A DNA stretch of 51,350 nucleotides, taken from an uncultured Gammaproteobacteria bacterium (lineage in GTDB: Bacteria; Pseudomonadota; Gammaproteobacteria; Arenicellales; JAANXG01). The notes under the pieces were generated by a model. It saw only the letters and a program-made list of their open reading frames with translations, searched no databases and had not been told where the DNA came from. The stretch covers positions 1-51,350 of the forward strand of contig CALZGZ010000225.1 in the NCBI GenBank assembly GCA_945787105.1, written 5' to 3'. Position numbers and translations under genes: made by a program. Every line of letters begins with the position of its first letter. Within the stretch, counting starts at the first letter, position 1. Below are positions 1 to 8,729 of this stretch, in pieces.

Positions 1-2
1 AT

Positions 3-716
3 GAGGGTATCGATATCTGTGCTCAGGGACATCCACTCGAACAGCGAGTGCAAGCCGTGGAAGCGATCCAGCAGGATTCGCCGCGTCGCTATTTTTCATT
101 CAGCGCGAAGGTGATGACCCGGCTGCGAAACGTGGTCGGGAAAGACGGTTCAGATCACCGCGACCAAAATTCAAAGCCGGTGGAATCCACCCTTCAAAAT
201 TTGCACCCACAAAATTCGAAGCCGGGTAGTTGTAGTAGTAGTTATTTAAATAAAACTACTACTACAGACAAAGAAGAAAGCGTCGAAATTCCAGGCGGTG
301 AGAACGGGGATAGGCCTCTGATCTATCCGAAGCGGTTATCCGAGAACCAGCGCGCACTGGCCGATCGCTATCTCATCACCGTGAGTGACACGGAGCGCCA
401 ACCCATACTGGATGAGCTGGAAGGGCGATTGCAGTCAGAGCAGAAGGGCATGAAGCCAGTGTATGACGAACTGAGGTTTCTTCATTACCTGTGTCGTGCT
501 GCGAAAAAAGGAGACTTCGTCCCCAATCTCGGCATCAAAGTCCGTGATGCACGCATCGAGCGAGAGAAGGCCCGGTTGATGCACAGGAAGCAACAGAAAG
601 AAAGTTTGGCAGAAAAAAAACGTCGAAAGGCTCGCAGACCAATCACTCCCGGTCAAAGTCCACTTGCCGAGATACGCAAGATACTCAACATGCCGGCCTT
701 CGAAAAAAAAGACTAA
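3..716 (+). CDS. C-terminal part of a STY4528-like (PFGI-1-class ICE) replication/HTH protein, 5' truncated by the window edge
   Basis: The frame is open from position 3. It has the low-complexity SSSSY...TTTT linker followed by a helical domain (RQPILDELEGRL...LRFLHYLCRAAKKGDF) resembling the STY4528 family C-terminus. Family call from recall. Confidence 0.6.
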   Translation, partial: EGIDICAQGHPLEQRVQAVEAIQQDSPRRYFSFSAKVMTRLRNVVGKDGSDHRDQNSKPVESTLQNLHPQNSKPGSCSSSYLNKTTTTDKEESVEIPGGENGDRPLIYPKRLSENQRALADRYLITVSDTERQPILDELEGRLQSEQKGMKPVYDELRFLHYLCRAAKKGDFVPNLGIKVRDARIEREKARLMHRKQQKESLAEKKRRKARRPITPGQSPLAEIRKILNMPAFEKKD

Positions 717-744
717 GAGTCGCGCTGATGGCAGTCCTGAAAAA

Positions 745-763
745 GTGGTTACACTGTAACCAC
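745..763. promoter_or_regulatory. Perfect 9-1-9 palindrome GTGGTTACA-C-TGTAACCAC, candidate protein-binding site
   Basis: Seen directly; lies 28 bp after the rep-like gene stop. Function is inferred. Confidence 0.45.
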
Positions 764-1010
764 CCTACAAAATCCTTAGATGTAGAAATTCTGGTTTGTT
801 CTGACAGGCAGTACCCGAATGTCAAGTACTGAGATCTGGCCGTTGCTGTCGTTTGTTCAAACCACTAAGAACGGCAGGTGTGTCTATGGTGCAGTCGTCC
901 GAGGTTTTTGATATGAAAGGCAGCTCATGGCCGTCAGTACTCATTATGATCGATCTCTACAGCTTGAATCACTTGAGTGCTAGTGAGGTGGTCTATTAGG
1001 CATATCAAGA

Positions 1011-1043
1011 AATAAAAAAACCCAGCAGGTGCTGTGCTGGGGT
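1011..1043 (-). terminator. Rho-independent terminator of the CHAT cassette
   Basis: The minus strand reads CCCAGCA-CAGCACC-TGCTGGG followed by TTTTTTTATT, immediately after the stop codon at 1044-1046. Confidence 0.8.
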
Positions 1044-1517
1044 TCACCCGGCCAGTCCCGCCACTTTCGTAACCGGCTCCATGATGGCCTTGACGGCCTC
1101 GGTATCTACCTTGCCCTTGTGGATCTTGATCTTGCCCAGATCAATCTCGATATTCGAAGAAACCATAAACAAGGTCAAATTAACCATCAGGCCAACCGCA
1201 ATAATGGCGCCGACAAACAAATCGTCATCATTCTTCACCTGCGCCCACGCAACTTCAATCATCGATGCCATATCGGGATCGCTGGATAAAGCCTCGAGAA
1301 ACCGGCGAGAAAGCATAACGGAAGTTTCCGTATCTATTTTCTGATCGAGCTGATCGTCAGTAAGCGCCAGTAACGGCTGACCCAAACCACTCGCAGCGGC
1401 ACTGTTTTCGATATCGGCATAATCGACTGCGCTGAAAATCCGGTTGTGGATGTTTTCGGCCATCGCCACGGCCTGGGTGTCATCGAGGTTGTGAACAATT
1501 TCGTGCGCGGTAGCCAT
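1044..1517 (-). CDS. Small CHAT-protease partner protein (157 aa) with a hydrophobic C-terminal helix
   Basis: AAGGA RBS; starts 20 bp after the CHAT gene stop. Acidic helical N-half, then LFVGAIIAVGLMVNLTLFMVS and a beta-hairpin-like IEIDLGKIKIHK. Confidence 0.8.
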   Translation of the reverse strand: MATAHEIVHNLDDTQAVAMAENIHNRIFSAVDYADIENSAAASGLGQPLLALTDDQLDQKIDTETSVMLSRRFLEALSSDPDMASMIEVAWAQVKNDDDLFVGAIIAVGLMVNLTLFMVSSNIEIDLGKIKIHKGKVDTEAVKAIMEPVTKVAGLAG

Positions 1518-1537
1518 TCGAATTTCCTTGTAAATTA

Positions 1538-3925
1538 TTAACGCCAGTCACCCGAAAGGCTGAAGGCGGAGCATTGATGTATAGTTTCAAAACCCGAACT
1601 GCCTTGCAATTCTTTGACGGTACTTTGAAAGGCAACGGCCCTGGATTGATTCTTTCCCAACCAGTTGTGATAGAAACGTTCGAAGAAACCTGAGGCTAGT
1701 TTAGCGCTGATATACCAGTGGCTAGACAAAATACTGCTGGCGCCGGCATTGACCAACGCCCAGTCAAGGCCCAGTGCATCCCTTCCCAATCCTTCACGCG
1801 ACAAACCGCTGACACAAGCCATCATCGACACGTGACTGTCATGAAGATCGATGTCGCTATCAACCAGCTTTTGCGGTGTAAGCACCATGCCGAGATCACC
1901 GTGGGCAATGGCATTTCGATCGGGTAACCTGTTACCATCACTCAGCACCAGGCCCGATCCGGTGAAGGGATTACTGTCACCAATTTGAAAAACACCATGG
2001 CTGGAAAAATGCAATATCGCTTCGGGAAGATTGTAATCACTGAGGGTTACCAGGCTGGCCTGCCTGTCTTTCAGAACCTGAACATCGAAATATTCCGCGA
2101 GCACCTCGGCGGGACGATTTAGGTTTTTCTCGGTTTCAGCCCAATTCTCCTTTTCAGTGTCCTGAATGGTTGGCACAACAAAGACTTCGGCGTGATTAGG
2201 GTTGGACGGATCTTTTTCCAGTATATATTCGAGTTGTGCCACGTTATGAATTCGCGAGAACGAGAAGCTATCAATCAATAATCCATTCGCCAACGGAAGG
2301 TAGTGAAGGGGTAAGTTATTCAACTGTTCATCCGCGGTGTAACAGATATGATCTCCGGCCTGCAACGGTCCCTGGTGCAACAGATCATCGATCAGGCTTA
2401 CCAGCGGCGCCAGTACTTCAGGCGCATTTGGAATCTTGCGCCCACGATTCCCGGGCTGGCCCCACCGATCGGGATCGAGGTTCGCCAGCGCACTATTTAA
2501 CAGGCTTTCATCAAGCCTGGCGGGCTCGGTACTGTAGGCCTGTCCGTCTTTACACATCATCACCATGTAAATGGTGGCCTCGCCTTCGTATCGGTCGAGA
2601 TAAAAACTTAGGTAATTGAAATGGTGTTTCTGTGTGAGCGCGGGTAGTTTTGAAACCGCGCCGTAGACATCCGCATCGGGAACCGGACGGTTTTGCTTGC
2701 GAGTCAAAATATCCGCAATACCCCGGCCCTTCGATGCCTCCATCGCCTGCAGCAGCTCGAAATAACGCCCTGCCTTGAACAATCGCTCGCACATCACGTT
2801 GAACAATTGTGAATAGGTTGAAAACGCTCCGGCGCGCTCGGTCGGATTCAAAATACCCGCGCGTTGTGACTCAAGATGAGTACGCAATTCTATCAACGCG
2901 TCGGCCGCTTCCGAACTATGATCGAGGCGACTATGACACAGGTATATTCCCCAAAGCGCATCTTGCAGGAGCTCCTTGCTATTATTCTCCTTTGACCAGT
3001 TGTAAACCTTCATCAGGTCCACAAGGCTTGATTCTATCTGGCTGACAGATGGTTGGCTGAGTGCGCTTGGATGGAAAATCGAACTGGCCTCCCTGGATTT
3101 CTCTTGCATGGTCAGCTCGGTTATCGACGATCCACCCCTGGTTAACACGCCTTCACCGGTTTTGATAATTTCCAGCATCTTTTTATATTGATCGATATCA
3201 TTCGGATTTAGCGACGGGTTCCCGGCTTCATCGGCCAACAGAGTCTGCAATTTATTAAATTCTTCCTGGTGATCACCCAGAACCGATGTGTCGGTATTAC
3301 CAAGCGCATTGGCTAACGATTGTCGCAGCGAAACGGCACTGTCCGTGGATTCGATTTCGGTGACATCCCCCATGAGTTCATATATCCGGTTGAGCAATCG
3401 GTCCTTGCCAACCTGGGAACCCGGACTCCGAAAACAATCGAGATTTTCGAGCGACTCCCGGCTTTCATCGATTCGGTTCAGGTTAAACAGGGCTGTCGCC
3501 CTGGCCAGAACCAACGATGGATAGTTTTCCATTTCATCCAGAGCCGAATATATCGGCAGGTAAACATCCGCGGCCACCAGCACTTCCTGTGAACGTCCCA
3601 GGAGGTTAAGGGCATTCAAATGCTGACTCGCGAGGTTGCTCAGTGTCGTCGAAAACAATCCACCGTGATCAGCCAGACTATTATAGATTTCAGAGCCCAG
3701 CTTATGGGTTGCCTCGGCCAGACTTGCACCATATTCCGGGTTGCTGCCAACACAATACTCCATAACCATGCTGGTTATGCCCAGCACCAAGGTCGCCGGG
3801 TTCTGCCCAGCCGCCATTGCGAGCGCAGCGCTCTTGAAACTATTTTGCGGCGCGCCCTCAATCAGGTCATTAATTCGCCCGGGCGAGCCAGAACTCAAAA
3901 TTAAATATATTTCCTGCGAATTCAT
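1538..3925 (-). CDS. TPR-like helical repeat + CHAT (caspase-like, clan CD) protease, 795 aa
   Basis: Catalytic dyad motifs ILHFSSHG and VSMMACVSG. Also LNNLPLHYL, AGASSILSSHWYI, C-terminal SAFSLSGDW and MEASKGR, all typical of CHAT proteins. Confidence 0.9.
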   Translation of the reverse strand: MNSQEIYLILSSGSPGRINDLIEGAPQNSFKSAALAMAAGQNPATLVLGITSMVMEYCVGSNPEYGASLAEATHKLGSEIYNSLADHGGLFSTTLSNLASQHLNALNLLGRSQEVLVAADVYLPIYSALDEMENYPSLVLARATALFNLNRIDESRESLENLDCFRSPGSQVGKDRLLNRIYELMGDVTEIESTDSAVSLRQSLANALGNTDTSVLGDHQEEFNKLQTLLADEAGNPSLNPNDIDQYKKMLEIIKTGEGVLTRGGSSITELTMQEKSREASSIFHPSALSQPSVSQIESSLVDLMKVYNWSKENNSKELLQDALWGIYLCHSRLDHSSEAADALIELRTHLESQRAGILNPTERAGAFSTYSQLFNVMCERLFKAGRYFELLQAMEASKGRGIADILTRKQNRPVPDADVYGAVSKLPALTQKHHFNYLSFYLDRYEGEATIYMVMMCKDGQAYSTEPARLDESLLNSALANLDPDRWGQPGNRGRKIPNAPEVLAPLVSLIDDLLHQGPLQAGDHICYTADEQLNNLPLHYLPLANGLLIDSFSFSRIHNVAQLEYILEKDPSNPNHAEVFVVPTIQDTEKENWAETEKNLNRPAEVLAEYFDVQVLKDRQASLVTLSDYNLPEAILHFSSHGVFQIGDSNPFTGSGLVLSDGNRLPDRNAIAHGDLGMVLTPQKLVDSDIDLHDSHVSMMACVSGLSREGLGRDALGLDWALVNAGASSILSSHWYISAKLASGFFERFYHNWLGKNQSRAVAFQSTVKELQGSSGFETIHQCSAFSLSGDWR

Positions 3926-4009
3926 CCCTTAATCTCTTTCGATCGCCAGCAATCGGTTTAGCTAAAAAATTCCCATTGCCCCGAGTTGTACATTCTGATC
4001 GCGGCAGGT

Positions 4010-4351
4010 TTACCAGCCGCTTACATCGATGCCAGCCGAGGACGTCTGGCTTAGCATGCCGCTTCTGAACGTGTCCTGCCGGTCCTGAGACAGGCGATCA
4101 AACTGGCCCATCTGATTTTGTGCCTGGATATATTGCGTAAACATCTGCTGCTGAACCTCGGGTGGAATGTTTTTGCCATAGGTTTGCTGCATGTTGGCAA
4201 GGTTCGCGGAATAGCTGCTCATCATGCTGTTTAACTGATGCTGGTAGCCCTGCGCGGCCTTGTACCCGAAGTAGATAACCCCGATCCAGAACAAAAGGGG
4301 GCCAAGCACCCCCAGTACGATGACGATGGTAAAAATGGTTTCAAATTCCAT
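4010..4351 (-). CDS. Membrane-anchored Q/N/M/S-rich small protein (113 aa)
   Basis: Strong SD (AAGGAGGGAGG). N-terminal hydrophobic segment of about 25 aa, then a Gln-rich low-complexity tail. First gene of the minus-strand cassette. Confidence 0.8.
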   Translation of the reverse strand: MEFETIFTIVIVLGVLGPLLFWIGVIYFGYKAAQGYQHQLNSMMSSYSANLANMQQTYGKNIPPEVQQQMFTQYIQAQNQMGQFDRLSQDRQDTFRSGMLSQTSSAGIDVSGW

Positions 4352-5409
4352 AACCTCCCTCCTTGTATATGGTTTAAGCTAATTGATCTCGCTGCGCACC
4401 ATTTCCGTGACTTAGAATTCCTGTCCCGGCACGTAAATCCATGTTACTCCTATGACAAATTCAGTCAAACAAATGTATGATCTTACCCACGAATAGTAGA
4501 TACAGTTAATTGCTCGTGAGTAAGAACTGTTTTACATAAGACGTATGATATTTACATCTTGGGACTGTAGTGTATTCGATGGCGGACAATTATTACCCGA
4601 TATAAATAGTGGGTTGATATTCAATAAAGTCGGGCGTAAAAGGCATATATTAAGGGCTGTACTTGCACTTAAATTAAGTGTAATGCTCGACAACAACTTT
4701 TTGTATTTTTACTTCGTAACATGTAGATAGTCAGGCAGCAGCATAACAGACTCATCTACATACCTTTGCATATAGATGTGCTTGTAAAGTTCAGGCAGAA
4801 CAAAAGGGGAGGGAGTATGCATCATACGATTTCCGGTTCACCAATCATTATTTCGAATATTCTCTTCATATCAGCGATCCCGCTCACGCGTGTTGTTTTG
4901 CGTGACAATAGGGTTAACAACCGTGTCGGGTGCTACCTGCTAACTTTATTCAAAGCTGATTATTCATGACGTAATTTATCTTCCCTTTAAAGACTTGAGA
5001 CGGGAGGCATACAAGTCTATGTACTAATGACGAATGAGGGAAGGGTCAATAGGTTGAAAGAAGAAAAAAGTTAATATTATGAGGAGGGTCTGCGATGCGA
5101 ACATACCAAAATTTTTTCCAGTCATCAGGTTTGAACTAACCGACTGTATCAAGTTTTGGGTTAACCAACGACCCGTTGAAGACGTTTTGTTTTCACACTG
5201 ATCCTAAATATTTAAGGAAGATTTCGGGGTGATCGGGGTGATAAAATGGGCGAAACGAGTTTCAGTGGCGATGGATGTTTTGGGAAGGGCATTTATACTT
5301 CCTATATGCGTTGAAGCGGCGGATTAAAAAACATACTCCCTGCACCAAGAAGTACCAAGGCTACACACAATCAGCTGGACGACGTAATAATAATATTGGG
5401 GGCGGTGTT

Positions 5410-5535
5410 ATGGACTGGAACAATATTTTTGGACGCGGATTTTCTTTCAAACATTCAATTCTGATTTTAATGCTGGCATCGCTTAGTGCCTGCGGTAATG
5501 ATGATAACGCTGATATTCCCACCAGTAAGCATTGA
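5410..5535 (+). CDS. Putative very small lipoprotein (41-aa precursor)
   Basis: ATG at 5410 after a G-rich SD. MDWNNIFGRGFSFKHSILILMLASLSAC has a basic/hydrophobic signal with lipobox LSA-C, leaving a 14-aa mature peptide. Confidence 0.45.
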   Translation: MDWNNIFGRGFSFKHSILILMLASLSACGNDDNADIPTSKH

Positions 5536-5565
5536 AGCAATTAATTTGATGTAAGGATCGATACT

Positions 5566-6228
5566 ATGAGCAAGATGCAAAATATAATTCGGATTATTGT
5601 TACGATAGAAACCAAGATTTATCGGGACGGAATCACTCAACTACTAGATAACTATAGTGATATTGAGGTGGTTTCATCCACTTCATGTATTCAGGAAGCC
5701 GTCGAATTTTGCCGTACTGAATCGCCCCATATTCTGCTCTTGGATGCATCGTTGCCTGAAGCCCTGCCCACAGTGCGTACGCTGAAGGGTGAAACTCCGG
5801 AAATAAAAATTATTTTGCTGTCGATGAAAGCCTGCCGCGAGCAGATGATGAAGTTCGCCGACAAGGGAGTGCATGAATTTGTCGCTCGTGATGACTCGCT
5901 TGAAGATCTCAGACAATCGATTACGGCCGCCATGATGAACGGTTTCTGGTGTTCATCACGAGTGGCGCAGCTATTACTGGAGCAAAGTTCGCCTGGTCCG
6001 CAGGTCAGTGAACCGATTGCGGACTCAAGTCTTACCAGGCAACAGGTCAACGTGTTACAACTCCTGGAATCAGGAATCTCGAATAAGGAAATCGCACGCA
6101 AGTTGCATATCGAAACTGCAACCGTGAAAAATCATGTGCATCATATTCTGCAAAAGCTGCAGGTCCATACACGTGGGGAGGCTGCCGCCGTTTACCGCAG
6201 ACACTACCATGACGTCACACCGGTCTAG
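5566..6228 (+). CDS. NarL/FixJ-type response regulator (REC + LuxR HTH), atypical receiver
   Basis: PHILLLD phospho-Asp motif and C-terminal LTRQQVNVLQLLESGISNKEIARKLHIETATVKNHVHHILQKL LuxR HTH; AAGGA RBS. Confidence 0.92.
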   Translation: MSKMQNIIRIIVTIETKIYRDGITQLLDNYSDIEVVSSTSCIQEAVEFCRTESPHILLLDASLPEALPTVRTLKGETPEIKIILLSMKACREQMMKFADKGVHEFVARDDSLEDLRQSITAAMMNGFWCSSRVAQLLLEQSSPGPQVSEPIADSSLTRQQVNVLQLLESGISNKEIARKLHIETATVKNHVHHILQKLQVHTRGEAAAVYRRHYHDVTPV

Positions 6229-6775
6229 CCCTGATAAATAACTAGAAAAAGTCAGTTTTTTCTTTGTTGGTCTAGTGCCTGAGTCGAACTTGGACGAAGA
6301 TCTGTATAGTCTTTCGAGGTAAATATGTTTTCGGGTTGCTATCAACCGTCTGGTCAGAGATATTCGATGTAAGAGTCTATTGTCGTTCAACCGTGGCAGT
6401 ATTTACCCCCGTTCATTAGCAAAGATTATCCCATAATAAAATCAGCTCCAATTCGGATCTTGAGCAGCCGTGGCTGTCACCTCCCAATTAAATTTTGTCA
6501 GTCACAGTTTGGTGCAAACAGAATTTTATGCACCCGAACATAATAAGCGCTGCCCATCTTCACCGATTGTCATCGACAGGGTGCAGCTGTCATTTCACTT
6601 GTACCCTTTTATTCATCTATGAACCTTAAGGTTTAAACCAGGGTAGCCAAAGTACTCTTTATCCTTGTTTCATGCCCATCCAACTAATGGTTCAGGGGCA
6701 TTGGGCATATAAACATCTTGGTTCCCAGGCTTGTACCAAAAATAGAGCGAACGATTTATTTTGCTCAATTTACGT

Positions 6776-6803
6776 CGTCTGTAAAATTGCGTCTGTAACA
6801 TTG
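6776..6803 (+). repeat. Tandem 14-bp direct repeat CGTCTGTAA(A/C)ATTG upstream of the eCIS operon
   Basis: Seen directly (6776-6789 and 6790-6803, one mismatch); the first copy contains a TAAAAT -10-like hexamer. Confidence 0.6.
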
Positions 6804-6825
6804 TGAAAAAACAAAGGGGACGTCA

Positions 6826-7167
6826 GTGGAGCCAGCCAATTTTCTCACCATCGGACTTTCGAATCTTCTTGATGGTCTGATAACAAATGCATTCAACAAA
6901 CGTGGAAGTTTGGAAAACATAGGCCGCTACGAGAGTATTCAGAAATTCCTAAATCATAGCGCCACGGTAGACCGCACTATCATTATCATGGAACCGAAGA
7001 TTTCCGAAGACTGCCTGGATGCGTTGAGACAGTATCAAAAAGTCCGGCTGGTGTGCGTCGAGAATTCGGCGAAGAGTTTCAGCCTTTGGAAGCTGGAACC
7101 ACGACAACAAACTTTAGGTGAAATGTCGCCTGATGAATTGATTAAGACAATTTTATCTGAGGATTAA
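6826..7167 (+). CDS. Hypothetical 113-aa protein, possibly a degenerate receiver-like alpha/beta domain
   Basis: AAGGGGA SD before GTG; alternating beta/alpha pattern (TIIIME, VRLVCVE). Fold is inferred. Confidence 0.65.
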   Translation: MEPANFLTIGLSNLLDGLITNAFNKRGSLENIGRYESIQKFLNHSATVDRTIIIMEPKISEDCLDALRQYQKVRLVCVENSAKSFSLWKLEPRQQTLGEMSPDELIKTILSED

Positions 7168-7228
7168 ATGACAGCAGCAATCACGCCATCCGAGATATTA
7201 TTATCCCCCGCGGCCTCGGGAAAAGGGA

Positions 7229-7843
7229 ATGGCTGATTATCGCTCTCTTATGGCGGTTAGCGAAGCAATGGTTAAATTGCTCCAATCCAATTACAGGCCG
7301 GAGGACTTTAACAACGAGCTCGAATTCAAGGTATTCACCTCCAAAGACTTTTCAGAAAACACGATAGCGAACGGTGTTTCTATCTTCCCATACAGAGTCT
7401 ATGTCAATGGGGCAAATCGCTATCCATCCGGGGGTGTAGATATAAATGGAAGGAAAATAAAGAACAAATTGCCGGTCGAGGTTCATTGCCTGGTGACGGT
7501 ATGGGGGTTAAACGCGTCGCTGCAAAATACGCTTGTCGGTTGGGTAATGCGAGTGTTCGAGGATAATCCTGTCTTGCCGGCAAACTTGTTGAATTCGGTC
7601 GTCGCCAACGTGTTCTCTCAGGAAGAAACGGTCGAAATTACTTTTGCGGAATTATCGACTGAAGATATGTTTCGTATCTGGGATGTGCTGGGATTGAACG
7701 TATACCAGCTTTCAGTTCCTTATCTGTTACGGATCATAAACATTGATTCCATTCAACCTCCACTAACGGAAGCAGGTGACCCTGTTCAGATTCGTGATTA
7801 CACATTTGAACAGGAAGTCGTTCCAGGTGAGACGGTGTATTGA
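7229..7843 (+). CDS. eCIS cap/terminator protein, DUF4255 (Afp16/Pvc16-like)
   Basis: MADYRSLMAVSEAMVKLL, VSIFPYRVYVN, LPVEVHCLVTVW, LSTEDMFRIW and YQLSVPY match the DUF4255 pattern. Confidence 0.88.
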   Translation: MADYRSLMAVSEAMVKLLQSNYRPEDFNNELEFKVFTSKDFSENTIANGVSIFPYRVYVNGANRYPSGGVDINGRKIKNKLPVEVHCLVTVWGLNASLQNTLVGWVMRVFEDNPVLPANLLNSVVANVFSQEETVEITFAELSTEDMFRIWDVLGLNVYQLSVPYLLRIINIDSIQPPLTEAGDPVQIRDYTFEQEVVPGETVY

Positions 7844-7859
7844 ATCAGGCGAAAAAATA

Positions 7860-8729
7860 ATGCATGCACATATCGAAAACTTCACCCGATTCACCCCATT
7901 AGGTATTAAATTCTGGGATCCGGTACAGGACAAAGCTATTGAGCAAGACCTGGAAGTAACAGCCTGGCCTGCCAACAATCCGGGATCAAAGGTGCATGCC
8001 TTCAAGACTTACAGTGGCGCCTTTAGTTTCAGGAACCTGCCGGGTTTAATCGACCTGGAGTTGTCTGGTGGCACCGGAATCGAAGACTCTCCACCTGAAT
8101 TACGTCAGTATATTGTCTCGGTTTCGGACCGACAGAATCGATATCTCGACGTTAGCTTCTCGGTATCCCTACCTCTGCCATATAAGGGATTATTTTTAGC
8201 CCAGCAACCCAGCAGCCCGGTTTCGGAAACGCCCAAAGGATTTTATCTCTATTCCTCCATCACCAGGCATGTTTCCTGGCAGTACGCCGAAATTCGTGGA
8301 GAGTTGACCGACGTCACCACCGGTGAGGTCGCCTCTCACGCTCTGGTCAGAGCGTTAACGGATGACAATGAAACCTGGTTCGGTATCAGTGATTCGCAGG
8401 GGCGCTTTCTGTTGGTTCTTCCGTATCCGGGACTACCAGACGGCTTTGGCGGCTCGCCCATTGTGGGTCAAGTGCCTTTACATCTTCAAAGCTGGATCGT
8501 TGAGCTGGCAGTGGGTTACCAACCCGATGCTCTAATCGGTTTAAAAGGTACTGATATCCCCAGTTACGTTACGATACTCAGCCAGAAAAGCGCCAGTATT
8601 TTTTCAACTAATCCAGATGTATCCGGCAGTGCCGCTTCGTCACTGCCTTTAACCATTAATTTCAATCAAGCTACGATTGCCAGGACTGACGGCTTTTCGA
8701 GTTTGTATATCAACCCGTCAGCAGCTTAA
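7860..8729 (+). CDS. eCIS-associated beta-rich protein (carboxypeptidase-regulatory-like domains), possible cap adaptor
   Basis: Likely start is ATG 7860 after the cap gene. It contains EIRGEL...GISDSQGRFLLVLPYP (beta-sandwich pattern) and sits between cap and sheath. Confidence 0.6.
   Translation: MHAHIENFTRFTPLGIKFWDPVQDKAIEQDLEVTAWPANNPGSKVHAFKTYSGAFSFRNLPGLIDLELSGGTGIEDSPPELRQYIVSVSDRQNRYLDVSFSVSLPLPYKGLFLAQQPSSPVSETPKGFYLYSSITRHVSWQYAEIRGELTDVTTGEVASHALVRALTDDNETWFGISDSQGRFLLVLPYPGLPDGFGGSPIVGQVPLHLQSWIVELAVGYQPDALIGLKGTDIPSYVTILSQKSASIFSTNPDVSGSAASSLPLTINFNQATIARTDGFSSLYINPSAA

Noticed and set aside
1044-1517. Bacterial gasdermin call for the CHAT partner
   Set aside because: Too short and mainly helical/hydrophobic, lacking the beta-rich gasdermin pattern.
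4991-5018. 7-bp inverted repeat AGACTTG-N14-CAAGTCT
   Set aside because: Short enough to arise by chance, with no second copy or U-tract.
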